Notes under the pieces: generated by a model
What the model saw: only the letters and a program-made list of their open reading frames with translations
Told to the model about the DNA's origin: nothing
Databases searched by the model: none
Source of the DNA: Dendrobates tinctorius
Taxonomy: Eukaryota
Assembly: GCF_039654945.1 (NCBI RefSeq)
Contig: NW_027361964.1
Location: 3,782,001 to 3,844,837 of the forward strand
Direction of reading: 5' to 3'
DNA: 62,837 nt
Position numbers and translations under genes: made by a program
Shown: positions 45,117 through 58,200 of the stretch, piece by piece
How positions within the stretch are numbered: the stretch's first letter is position 1
How the letters are laid out: each line of letters starts with the position of its first letter

Positions 45117-47905
45117 CTGTTACCACTGAACTGGTTTCCTCCAAGAAAGCCATATTTGTCGGTCTTCCTGTAAGGCATGCCGTTAATCTCAGAGTCAGAG
45201 CCTAGAGAGCTGGCATCATCCAGCAGTGTGAGGGACTCCATGGTGCCTGACATCAGACTGACAGAGTCCAGATAACTGAGCGTGTCTGGGGCCGGAGTCT
45301 TGGACTTGAAACTGGCCAGTGAGACTGTCTCATGACTGGCTGAATTGTCCTGCTCACGTGGTGGATGGCCAGGGTACAGGTTGGATCGAGAGGGAATAGG
45401 AAGAGGTGGTTTAGAGGACATGTTCCTGTGTGGGCTTGAAGGGTCCGGCACACGAATCGGGGACAGTGATGGCCTCCCAAGACTTGACTGTACAGGAAGA
45501 CTGGACATTGGATTCTGAGAAGTGTAGTTCGAGTTACCCATCGCGGCACCTCCCTCTTGCCTCTGCTGTGCTTCTTGTTTAATTGAGCTAGGCGAAATAA
45601 TGGTAATGCTCTGCGTGACTCCTGGCCCAGCGGACGGGGCGCTCTGCGTGACTCCTGGCCCAGCGGACGGGGCGCTCTGCGTGACTCCTGGCCCAGCGGA
45701 CGGGGCGCTCTGCGTGACTCCTGGCCCAGCGGACGGGGCGCTCTGCGTGACTCCTGGCCCAGCGGACGGGGCGCTCTGCGTGACTCCTGGCCCAGCGGAC
45801 GGGGCGCTCTGCGTGACTCCTGGCCCAGCGGACGGGGCGCTCTGCGTGACTTCTGGCCCTGCGGACGGGGCGCTCTGCGTGACTTCCGGCCCTGCGGACG
45901 GGGCGCTCTGCGTGACTTCCGGCCCTGCGGACGGGGCGCTCTGCGTGACTTCTGGCCCAGCTGATGGGGCGCTCTGCGTGACGTCTGGCCCTGTGGACGG
46001 GGCTCTCCGTGTGACGTCTGGCCTTGTGGCACACAACATGATGTCTTCTGGGTAAAATGTTTGAATACTGATAGTAGTGTTTTTCAGATGTGAAAGAGTA
46101 GTACTCTGTGAGGCATCATCGGCAACGTCACCCACTGCGCTCATGTTTGCCTGCAGTGGTGTTCCTTCTTCATGGCTCGTAGCGCAGTCTTGGGCCCCTG
46201 TAAAATTTGGAAGTGCCATCAAGCCGTGTCTGAACATGTCGGGCAGGGGTGAGCTCCCACCACTTTCAGTGTCCTGTGCACTGCAACATTCAGCCGCAAT
46301 CAGTTGATTCTGCATTGGTGGTGAAGATGCTCCCCAGGCCTGTATGATGGCATGTGAAGGCTGCACCCCGTGCTTCTCTTCTGGGGTGCCATTTACTGGA
46401 GCCTGAATACATTTCCTGGCATTTGTTATCAGGGTGTCCAGTGTGTGTTCCCTTTGGACCCACCCTGGGGCACTCTGTGTTGGTGCTGAACTCCGCTCCT
46501 GCCATGGTGCGATCGGTGGTGGTGGTGCACTCTGGTCCTGCCCTGGAGCGATCGGTGTGGGCTGTGACACAGATGTTGTAGGGATGCTCTCTGAAGGTGA
46601 TGTCTCCTGCTCCCATTTTGAGGTTCTAGGTGACACCCCCAAGTTTCTTAAGGTGTACACCAGGTTGGAGGCTCCATAGTTGTGCTCCACAGAAAAGGAG
46701 CCTCCGCGGCCGGGCTCCGCAGGGTGAGAGACTCCGCGGCCGGGCTCCGCAGGGTGAGAGGCTCCGCGGCCGGGCCCCGCAGGGTGAGAGGCTCCGCGGC
46801 CGGGCTCCGCAGGGTGAGAGGCTCCGCGGCCGGGCTCCGCAGGGTGAGAGGCTCCGCGGCCGGGCTCCGCAGGGTGAGAGGCTCCGCGGCCGGGCCCCGC
46901 AGGGTGAGAGGCTCCGCGGCCGGGCTCCGCAGGGTGAGAGGCTCCGCGGCCGGGCCCCGCAGGGTGAGAGGCTCCGCGGCCGGGCTCCGCAGGGTGAGAG
47001 GCTCCGCGGCCGGGCCCCGCAGGGTGAGAGGCTCCGCGGCCGGGCTCCGCAGGGTGAGAGGCTCCGCGGCCGGGCTCCGCAGGGTGAGAGGCTCCGCGGC
47101 CGGGCTCCGCAGGGTGAGAGGCTCCGCGGCCGGGCCCCGCAGGGTGAGAGGCTCCGCGGCCGGGCTCCGCAGGGTGAGAGGCTCCGCGGCCGGGCTCCGC
47201 AGGGTGAGAGGCTCCGCGGCCGGGCTCCGCAGGGTGAGAGGCTCCGCGGCCGGGCTCCGCAGGGTGAGAGGCTCCGCGGTCGGGCCCCGCAGGGTGAGAG
47301 GCTCCGCGGTCGGGCCCCGCAGGGTGAGAGGCTCCGTGGCCGGGCTCCGCAGGGTGAGAGGCTCCGCGGCGGGGCTCCGCAGGGTGAGAGGCTCCGCGGC
47401 CGGGCTCCGCAGGGTGAGAAGCTCCGCGGCCGGGCTCCGCAGGGTGAGAGGCTCCGCGGCCGGGCTCCGCAGGGTGAGAGGCTCCGCGGTCGGGCTCCGC
47501 AGGGTGAGAGGCTCCGCGGCCGGGCTCCGCAGGGTGAGAGGCTCCGCGGTCGGGCTCCGCAGGGTGAGAGGCTCCGCGGCCGGGCTCCGCAGGGTGAGAG
47601 GCTCCGCGGCCGGGCTCCGCAGGGTGAGATGCTCCGCGGCCGGGCTCCGCAGGGTGAGATGCTCCGCGGTCGGGCTCCGCAGCCTGCTGGGGGCCGCCAT
47701 GGCTCTGCATCACTATCAGCACTCTCTGGGTGACTGTGGCCTTCTCAGGGCTCCCAGGTTGGCTCCCCCGGACACTCCCATCGCCGGCAGCACCCCAGGC
47801 TCCCATGTGAGGACTCAGGGGTCGGCGCTCCATGGAGCCTTTGCGGGGAGGCGGCACTGGCCGTGGCCCCGGGGGGGAGGAGCAGGACCCTGGCGGTGGC
47901 TCCAT
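45117..47905 (-). CDS. TBC1D10B: TBC1D10B exon 1 (2789 nt, disordered N-terminus with two coding minisatellites)
   Basis: Open frame from ATG 47905 to PDTLSYLDSVSLMSGTMESL..DDASSLGSDSEINGMPYRKTDKYGFLGGNQFSG (conserved TBC1D10B motif); donor GTCAGT at 45116; the exact start codon is less certain. Confidence 0.8.
45608..46025. repeat. 33-bp coding minisatellite (VTQSAPSAGPG/E), about 12 copies, in TBC1D10B exon 1
   Basis: Direct periodicity, in frame. Confidence 0.93.
46698..47682. repeat. 30-bp coding minisatellite (GASHPAEPGR), about 32 copies, in TBC1D10B exon 1
   Basis: Direct periodicity, in frame. Confidence 0.93.
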
Positions 47906-47974
47906 GCTTTGGAGCCGCTGAACTGAACAGGCCGGCGGCTGAGGCGCTCACCGGCCCGGACTGACAGAAGAACC

Positions 47975-48285
47975 AGAAGCCAATAGGAACCAGACGTAGG
48001 AAAGCAGACAGCCAATCAGCAATGAGCCGGAAACGAGCGAGCCGTAAACATTAGCCAATCAGAGCGCACGATAGAATAATGAACGCGTTAGCACAAAGTC
48101 AAAGAAAGGGATTGGGCAGAGCGGGGAGAAGCGGACCAATCAGCTGCAAGAGCCGTCCGGCCATTAGGGTCGGGCCCGGAACAAGGAAAAGGAAGCAACA
48201 ATCTCCTAAAAGGGTGGAGCCACAACCAATCAGCTTGCATTTCATAGCTGAGAGTGGCCAATCAGCGCAGAGAGGCGGGGCAGAC
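47975..48285 (-). promoter_or_regulatory. TBC1D10B promoter with a cluster of about 7 CCAAT (NF-Y) boxes and a GC box
   Basis: RCCAATCAG/RCCAATAGG at ~47980, 48011, 48054, 48136, 48226, 48257, ATTGG ~48111; GGCGGG ~48274; directly upstream of ATG. Confidence 0.75.
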
Positions 48286-48526
48286 AGACGAGAGAAATGA
48301 AACTTCAATTCAATAACTTTATTGATATGAAAAATGTGAACACACAGTGACAGTGCCGCGTCCTCACCACCACTAATGACCGGCCGATAATCAGTCACAT
48401 AACTGAGGAGAAAGGAATGAGAGGGATACAGGTAACAGCGGAGACAGAGAAATGGGGGACGGGGCCTCACACGCCCGCCACAGTCAGTGACATGCGGCTG
48501 TCACGGGGGGATAGATGGAGCGCGGA

Positions 48527-51500
48527 CACGGCGCCGTGTGAGCAGCATCAGGACCGCCAAGAAGAGCGCAGGACGGCGCCGTGTGAGCAGCACCAGGACC
48601 GCCAAGACGAGCGCAGGACGGCGCCGTGTGAGCAGCACCAGGACCGCCAAGAAGAGCGCAGGACGGCGCCGTGTGAGCAGCACCAGGACCGCCAAGACGA
48701 GCGCAGGACGGCGCCGTGTGAGCAGCACCAGGACCGCCAAGAAGAGCGCAGGACGGCGCCGTGTAAGCAGCATCAGGACCGCCAAGAAGAGCGCAGGACG
48801 GCGCCGTGTGAGCAGCACCAGGACCGCCAAGAAGAGCGCAGGACGGCGCCGTGTGAGCAGCACCAGGACCGCCAAGACGAGCGCAGGACGGCGCCGTGTG
48901 AGCAGCACCAGGACCGCCAAGAAGAGCGCAGGACGGCGCCGTGTAAGCAGCATCAGGACCGCCAAGAAGAGCGCAGGACGGCGCCGTGTGAGCAGCACCA
49001 GGACCGCCAAGAAGAGCGCAGGACGGCGCCGTGTGAGCAGCACCAGGACCGCCAAGAAGAGCGCAGGACGGCGCCGTGTGAGCAGCACCAGGACCGCCAA
49101 GAAGAGCGCAGGACGGCGCCGTGTAAGCAGCATCAGGACCGCCAAGAAGAGCGCAGGACGGCGCCGTGTGAGCAGCACCAGGACCGCCAAGAAGAGCGCA
49201 GGACGGCGCCGTGTGAGCAGCACCAGGACCGCCAAGAAGAGCGCAGGACGGCGCCGTGTGAGCAGCACCAGGACCGCCAAGAAGAGCGCAGGACGGCGCC
49301 GTGTGAGCAGCACCAGGACCGCCAAGAAGAGCGCAGGACGGCGCCGTGTGAGCAGCATCAGGACCGCCAAGACGAGCGCAGGACGGCGCCGTGTGAGCAG
49401 CACCAGGACCGCCAAGACGAGCGCAGGACGGCGCCGTGTGAGCAGCACCAGGACCGCCAAGACGAGCGCAGGACGGCGCCGTGTGAGCAGCACCAGGACC
49501 GCCAAGACGAGCGCAGGACGGCGCCGTGTGAGCAGCACCAGGACCGCCAAGACGAGCGCAGGACGGCGCCGTGTGAGCAGCACCAGGACCGCCAAGACGA
49601 GCGCAGGACGGCGCCGTGTGAGCAGCACCAGGACCGCCAAGACGAGCGCAGGACGGCGCCGTGTGAGCAGCACCAGGACCGCCAAGACGAGCGCAGGACG
49701 GCGCCGTGTGAGCAGCACCAGGACCGCCAAGAAGAGCGCAGGACGGCGCCGTGTGAGCAGCACCAGGACCGCCAAGACGAGCGCAGGACGGCGCCGTGTG
49801 AGCAGCACCAGGACCGCCAAGAAGAGCGCAGGACGGCGCCGTGTGAGCAGCACCAGGACCGCCAAGAAGAGCGCAGGACGGCGCCGTGTGAGCAGCACCA
49901 GGACCGCCAAGACGAGCGCAGGACGGCGCCGTGTGAGCAGCACCAGGACCGCCAAGACGAGCGCAGGACGGCGCCGTGTGAGCAGCACCAGGACCGCCAA
50001 GAAGAGCGCAGGACGGCGCCGTGTGAGCAGCACCAGGACCGCCAAGACGAGCGCAGGACGGCGCCGTGTGAGCAGCACCAGGACCGCCAAGAAGAGCGCA
50101 GGACGGCGCCGTGTGAGCAGCACCAGGATCGCCAAGAAGAGCGCAGGACGGCGCCGTGTGAGCAGCACCAGGACCGCCAAGAAGAGCGCAGGACGGCGCC
50201 GTGTGAGCAGCACCAGGACCGCCAAGAAGAGTGCAGGACGGCGCCGTGTGAGCAGCACCAGGACCGCCAAGAAGAGCGCAGGACGGCGCCGTGTGAGCAG
50301 CACCAGGATCGCCAAGAAGAGCGCAGGACGGCGCCGTGTGAGCAGCACCAGGACCGCCAAGAAGAGCGCAGGACGGCGCCGTGTGAGCAGCACCAGGACC
50401 GCCAAGAAGAGCGCAGGACGGCGCCGTGTGAGCAGCACCAGGACCGCCAAGAAGAGCGCAGGACGGCGCCGTGTGAGCAGCACCAGGACCGCCAAGAAGA
50501 GCGCAGGACGGCGCCGTGTGAGCAGCACCAGGACCGCCAAGACGAGCGCAGGACGGCGCCGTGTGAGCAGCACCAGGACCGCCAAGAAGAGCGCAGGACG
50601 GCGCCGTGTGAGCAGCACCAGGACCGCCAAGAAGAGCGCAGGACGGCGCCGTGTGAGCAGCACCAGGACCGCCAAGAAGAGCGCAGGACGGCGCCGTGTG
50701 AGCAGCACCAGGACCGCCAAGACGAGCGCAGGACGGCGCCGTGTGAGCAGCACCAGGACCGCCAAGAAGAGCGCAGGACGGCGCCGTGTGAGCAGCACCA
50801 GGATCGCCAAGAAGAGCGCAGGACGGCGCCGTGTGAGCAGCACCAGGACCGCCAAGAAGAGCGCAGGACGGCGCCGTGTGAGCAGCACCAGGACCGCCAA
50901 GACGAGCGCAGGACGGCGCCGTGTGAGCAGCACCAGGACCGCCAAGAAGAGCGCAGGACGGCGCCGTGTGAGCAGCACCAGGATCGCCAAGAAGAGCGCA
51001 GGACGGCGCCGTGTGAGCAGCACCAGGATCGCCAAGAAGAGCGCAGGACGGCGCCGTGTGAGCAGCACCAGGACCGCCAAGAAGAGCGCAGGACGGCGCC
51101 GTGTGAGCAGCACCAGGACCGCCAAGACGAGCGCAGGACGGCGCCGTGTGAGCAGCACCAGGACCGCCAAGAAGAGCGCAGGACGGCGCCGTGTGAGCAG
51201 CACCAGGACCGCCAAGAAGAGCGCAGGACGGCGCCGTGTGAGCAGCACCAGGATCGCCAAGAAGAGCGCAGGACGGCGCCGTGTGAGCAGCACCAGGACC
51301 GCCAAGAAGAGCGCAGGACGGCGCCGTGTGAGCAGCACCAGGACCGCCAAGAAGAGCGCAGGACGGCGCCGTGTGAGCAGCACCAGGACCGCCAAGAAGA
51401 GCGCAGGACGGCGCCGTGTGAGCAGCACCAGGACCGCCAAGAAGAGCGCAGGACGGCGCCGTGTGAGCAGCACCAGGACCGCCAAGACGAGCGCAGGACG

Positions 51501-53524
51501 GCGCCGTGTGAGCAGCACCAGGACCGCCAAGAAGAGCGCAGGACGGCGCCGTGTGAGCAGCACCAGGACCGCCAAGAAGAGCGCAGGACGGCGCCGTGTG
51601 AGCAGCACCAGGACCGCCAAGACGAGCGCAGGACGGCGCCGTGTGAGCAGCACCAGGACCGCCAAGAAGAGCGCAGGACGGCGCCGTGTGAGCAGCACCA
51701 GGATCGCCAAGAAGAGCGCAGGACGGCGCCGTGTGAGCAGCACCAGGACCGCCAAGAAGAGCGCAGGACGGCGCCGTGTGAGCAGCACCAGGACCGCCAA
51801 GACGAGCGCAGGACGGCGCCGTGTGAGCAGCACCAGGACCGCCAAGAAGTGCGCAGGACGGCGCCGTGTGAGCAGCACCAGGACCGCCAAGAAGAGCGCA
51901 GGACGGCGCCGTGTGAGCAGCACCAGGATCGCCAAGAAGAGCGCAGGACGGCGCCGTGTGAGCAGCACCAGGACCGCCAAGAAGAGCGCAGGACGGTGCC
52001 GTGTGAGCAGCACCAGGATCGCCAAGAAGAGCGCAGGACGGCGCCGTGTGAGCAGCACCAGGATCGCCAAGAAGAGCGCAGGACGGCGCCGTGTGAGCAG
52101 CATCAGGACCGCCAAGAAGAGCGCAGGACGGCGCCGCGTGAGCAGCATCAGGACCGCCAAGAAGAGCGCAGGACGGCGCCGCGTGAGCAGCACCAGGACC
52201 GCCAAGACGAGCGCAGCACGGCGCCGCGTGAGCAGCACCAGGACCGCCAAGACGAGCGCAGGACGGCGCCGCGTGAGCAGCACCAGGACCGCCAAGACGA
52301 GCGCAGGACGGCGCCGCGTGAGCAGCACCAGGACCGCCAAGAAGAGCGCAGGACGGCGCCGTGTGAGCAGCACCAGGACCGCCAAGAAGAGCGCAGGACG
52401 GCGCCGTGTGAGCAGCACCAGGACCGCCAAGAAGAGCGCAGGACGGCGCCGTGTGAGCAGCACCAGGACCGCCAAGAAGAGCGCAGGACGGCGCCGCGTG
52501 AGAGGCACCAGGACCGTCAAGACGAGCGCAGGACGGTGCAGTGTGAGAAGCACCAGGACCGCCAAGACGAGCGCAGGACAGCGCCGCGTGACCATCATCA
52601 GGACCGCCAAGAAGAGCGCAGGACGGTGCCGCGTGAGCAGCGTCAGGACCGCCAAGAAGAGCGCAGGACGGCGCCGCGTGAGCAGCATCAGGACCGCCAA
52701 GACGAGCGCAGGACGGCGCCGCGTGAGCAGCACCAGGACCGCCAAGAAGAGCGCAGGACGGCGCCGTGTGAGCAGCACCAGGACCGCCAAGAAGAGCGCA
52801 GGACGGCGCCGTGTGAGCAGCACCAGGACCGCCAAGAAGAGCGCAGGACGGCGCCGTGTGAGCAGCACCAGGACCGCCAAGAAGAGCGCAGGACGGCGCC
52901 GTGTGAGCAGCACCAGGACCGCCAAGAAGAGCGCAGGATGGCGCCATGTGAGCAGCACCAGGACCGCCAAGAAGAGCGCAGGACGGCGCCGCGTGAGAGG
53001 CACCAGGACCGTCAAGACGAGCGCAGGACGGTGCAGTGTGAGAAGCACCAGGACCGCCAAGACGAGCGCAGGACAGCGCCGCGTGACCATCATCAGGACC
53101 GCCAAGAAGAGCGCAGGACGGTGCCGTGTGAGCAGCGTCAGGACCGCCAAGAAGAGCGCAGGACGGCGCCGTGTGAGCAGCACTAGGACCGCCAAGAAGA
53201 GCGCAGGACGGCGCCGCGTGAGCAGTACCAGGACCGCCAAGAAGAGCGCAGGATGGCGCCGTGTGAGCAGCACCAGGACCGCCAAGAAGAGCGCAGGACG
53301 GCGCCGCGTGAGCAGCATCAGAACCGCCAAGACGAGCGTAGGACGGCGCCGAGTGAGCAGCATCAGGACCGCCAAGAAGAGCGCAGGACGGCGCCGTGTG
53401 AGCAGCACCAGGACCGCCAAGAAGAGCGCAGGACGGCGCCGTGTGAGCAGCATCAGGACCGCCAAGAAGAGCGCAAGACGGCGCTGTGTGAGCAGCATCA
53501 GGACCGCCAAGAAGAGCGCAGGAC
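48527..53524. repeat. 45-bp CpG-rich minisatellite, about 111 copies
   Basis: ACGGCGCCGTGTGAGCAGCACCAGGACCGCCAAGAAGAGCGCAGG repeated. Confidence 0.97.
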
Positions 53525-53759
53525 ATCCCATAGAGCAGCCAGATAGATCGCCTGAGCTGTCAGTCACAAGACTCACATCTCTGCATCAAATTGGGCTGTA
53601 GAGCTGTCACAGCGTCTCTAGGACACCATAAATGGTGGAATCGTGACAGCTCAGTGCGATAATGTAATAATATAACCATAACTAACCAAATTAGCGGAAA
53701 TATAAATACTAAGAGATAAAGATCCCTGACTGCGAGGATAAACACGTGGAGAGAGCCCA

Positions 53760-54970
53760 GGACCCACATTCCCAGGACAGGCCACTCCGGGGACACACCA
53801 CTCCCAGAACCCACCACTATGGGGACACACCACTCCCAGAACCCACCACTCTGGAGACACACCACTCTGGGGACCCATCACTCCCTGAACCCACCACTCC
53901 CAGAACACACCACTCTGGGGACCCACCACTTCCAGAACACACCACTCTGGGGACCCACCACTCTGGGGACCCAACACTCCCAGGACCCACCACTCTGGGG
54001 ACACACCACTCCCAGAACCCACCACTGGGGACACACCAATCTGGGGACCTACCAATCCCAGAACCCACCACTCTGGAGACACACCACTCTGGGGACCCAT
54101 CACTCCCCGAACCCACCACTCCCAGAACACACCACTGTGGGGACCCAACACTCCCAGAACCCACCACTCTGGGGACCCAACACTCCAAGGACCCACCACT
54201 CCCAGAACCCACCACTCTGGGGACACACCACTCCCAGAACCCACCACTCTGGCGACACACCACTCCCAGAACCCACCACTCTGGGGACACACCACTCCCA
54301 GAACCCACCACTCTGGCGACACACCACTCCCAGAACCCACCACTCTGAGGACACACCACTCCCAGAACCCACCACTCTGGGGACACACCACTCCCAGAAC
54401 CCACCACTCTGGGGACACACCACTCCCAGAACACACCACTCCCAGAAGACACCACTCTGGGGACACACCACTCCCAGAAGACACCACTCTGGGGACACAC
54501 CACTCCCAGAAGACACCACTTTGCGGATCCAACACTCCCAGAACCCACCACTCTGGGGACCCAACACTCCCAGGACACACCACTCTGGGGACACACCACT
54601 CCCAGAACCCACCACTCTGGGGACACACCACTCCCAGAACCCACCACTCTGGGGACACACCACTCCCAGAACCCACCACTCTGGGGACACACCACTCCCA
54701 GAACCCACCACTCTGGGGACACACCACTCCCAGAACCCACCACTCTGGGGACACACCACTCCCAGAACCCACCACTCTGGGGACACACCACTCCCAGAAG
54801 ACACCACTCTGGGGACACACCACTCCCAGAAGACACCACTGGGGACACACCACTCCAAGAAGACACCACTCTGGGGACACACCACTCCCAGAAGACACCA
54901 CTTTGCGGACCCAACACTCCCAGAACCCACCACTCTGGGGACCCACCACTCCCAGAACCCACCACTCCCG
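53760..54970. repeat. ~32-bp minisatellite (CCACTCTGGGGACACACCACTCCCAGAACCCA) built from ~16-bp subunits
   Basis: Direct periodicity; internal TCTGGG/CCCAGA inverted motif. Confidence 0.92.
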
Positions 54971-55287
54971 ACATGCGTTTTAGCCTGAAATGCTTCATTT
55001 ACTACTGAGCAAAGGCCCCAATCTCACATGATGCCCAGACATAAACAAGGATGACCTGGAAAATCCAGGACTATTATCAAGTGTCATGTAGCCGCCTCTA
55101 CACACAATGGTGCAGTGCAGCCTGTAGGAGGCGCCATGACTACACATTAATCATGCATCGCCTCCCTCTATGCCAAACAGTCCTGGATCTCGCTTAGCCC
55201 CTCACAACTATGGGGGGTTCACCACCTAGAATGGAGAGGACAGCTGATCTGACCATGAAGAGCTAGGGGATAGCCGGCCACAAAGAG

Positions 55288-58200
55288 CGGTGTCACTATA
55301 TATGAGTGTTATGTGCTCTGTACGGTGTCACTATATATGAGTGTTATGTGCTGTGTACAATGTCACTATATATGAGTGTTATGTGCTCTGTACGGTGTCA
55401 CTATATATGAGTGTTATGTGTTGTGTACAATGTCACTATATATGAGTGTTATGTGCTCTGTACGATGTCACTATATATGAGTGTTATGTGCTGTGTACGA
55501 TGTCACTATATATGAGTGTTATGTGTTGTGTACAATGTCACTATATATGAGTGTTATGTGCTCTGTACGATGTCACTATATATGAGTGTTATGTGTTCTG
55601 TACGATGTCACTATATATGAGTGTTATGTGCTCTGTACGATGTCACTATATATGAGTGTTATGTGCTCTGTACGGTGTCACTATATATGAGTGTTATGTG
55701 CTGTGTACAATGTCACTATATATGAGTGTTATGTGCTCTGTACGGTGTCACTATATATGAGTGTTATGTGTTGTGTACAATGTCACTATATATGAGTGTT
55801 ATGTGCTGTGTACGATGTCACTATATATGAGTGTTATGTGCTGTGTACAATGTCACTATATATGAGTGTTATGTGTTCTGTACGATGTCACTATATATGA
55901 GTGTTATGTGCTCTGTACGATGTCACTATATATGAGTGTTATGTGTTCTGTACGATGTCACTATATATGAGTGTTATGTGCTGTGTACGATGTCACTATA
56001 TATGAGTGTTATGTGTTCTGTACGATGTCACTATATATGAGTGTTATGTGCTGTGTACGATGTCACTATATATGAGTGTTATGTGTTCTGTACGATGTCA
56101 CTATATATGATTGTTATGTGCTCTGTACGGTGTCACTATATATGAGTGTTATGTGCTGTGTACGGTGTCACTATATATGAGTGTTATGTGCTCTGTACGA
56201 TGTCACTATATATGATTGTTATGTGCTCTGTACGGTGTCACTATATATGATTGTTATGTGCTCTGTACGGTGTCACTATATATGAGTGTTATGTGCTCTG
56301 TACGATGTCACTATATATGAGTGTTATGTGTTCTGTACGATGTCACTATATATGAGTGTTATGTGCTGTGTACGATGTCACTATATATGAGTGTTATGTG
56401 TTGTGTACAATGTCACTATATATGAGTGTTATGTGCTCTGTACGATGTCACTATATATGAGTGTTATGTGCTGTGTACGATGTCACTATATATGAGTGTT
56501 ATGTGCTGTGTACAATGTCACTATATATGAGTGTTATGTGTTCTGTACGATGTCACTATATATGAGTGTTATGTGCTGTGTACAATGTCACTATATATGA
56601 GTGTTATGTGTTCTGTACGGTGTCACTATATATGAGTGTTATGTGTTCTGTACGATGTCACTATATATGAGTGTTATGTGTTCTGTACGATGTCACTATA
56701 TATGAGTGTTATGTGTTCTGTACGATGTCACTATATATGAGTGTTATGTGCTCTGTACGATGTCACTATATATGAGTGTTATGTGTTCTGTACGATGTCA
56801 CTATATATGAGTGTTATGTGTTCTGTACGATGTCACTATATATGAGTGTTATGTGCTGTGTACGATGTCACTATATATGAGTGTTATGTGTTCTGTACGA
56901 TGTCACTATATATGAGTGTTATGTGCTGTGTACGATGTCACTATATATGAGTGTTATGTGCTGTGTACGATGTCACTATATATGAGTGTTATGTGCTCTG
57001 TACGGTGTCACTATATATGAGTGTTATGTGTTCTGTACGATGTCACTATATATGATTGTTATGTGCTCTGTACGATGTCACTATATATGAGTGTTATGTG
57101 TTCTGTACGATGTCACTATATATGAGTGTTATGTGTTCTGTACGATGTCACTATATATGAGTGTTATGTGCTGTGTACGATGTCACTATATATGAGTGTT
57201 ATGTGTTCTGTACGATGTCACTATATATGAGTGTTATGTGCTCTGTACGATGTCACTATATATGAGTGTTATGTGTTCTGTACGATGTCACTATATATGA
57301 GTGTTATGTGCTGTGTACGATGTCACTATATATGAGTGTTATGTGTTCTGTACGATGTCACTATATATGAGTGTTATGTGCTCTGTACGATGTCACTATA
57401 TATGAGTGTTATGTGTTCTGTACGATGTCACTATAGATTAGTGTTATGTGCTGTGTACGATGTCACTATATATGAGTGTTATGTGTTCTGTACGATGTCA
57501 CTATATATGAGTGTTATGTGCTCTGTACGATGTCACTATATATGAGTGTTATGTGTTCTGTACGATGTCACTATATATGAGTGTTATGTGCTGTGTACGA
57601 TGTCACTATATATGAGTGTTATGTGTTCTGTACGATGTCACTATATATGAGTGTTATGTGCTCTGTACGATGTCACTATATATGAGTGTTATGTGTTCTG
57701 TACGGTGTCACTATATATGAGTGTTATGTGCTGTGTACGATGTCACTATATATGAGTGTTATGTGCTCTGTACGGTGTCACTATATATGAGTGTTATGTG
57801 TTCTGTACGATGTCACTATATATGAGTGTTATGTGCTGTGTACGATGTCACTATATATGAGTGTTATGTGCTCTGTACGATGTCACTATATATGAGTGTT
57901 ATGTGCTCTGTACGGTGTCACTATATATGAGTGTTATGTGCTCTGTACGGTGTCACTATATATGAGTGTTATGTGCTCTGTACGGTGTCACTATATATGA
58001 GTGTTATGTGTTCTGTACGATGTCACTATATATGAGTGTTATGTGCTGTGTACGATGTCACTATATATGAGTGTTATGTGCTCTGTACGATGTCACTATA
58101 TATGAGTGTTATGTGCTCTGTACGGTGTCACTATATATGAGTGTTATGTGCTCTGTACGGTGTCACTATATATGAGTGTTATGTGTTCTGTACGATGTCA

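Noticed and set aside
48417-53601. Four 1590-1700-aa ORFs (histone-like or EQHQDRQ repeats)
   Set aside because: 45-bp array open in several frames on both strands at once; typical repeat artefact upstream of a promoter
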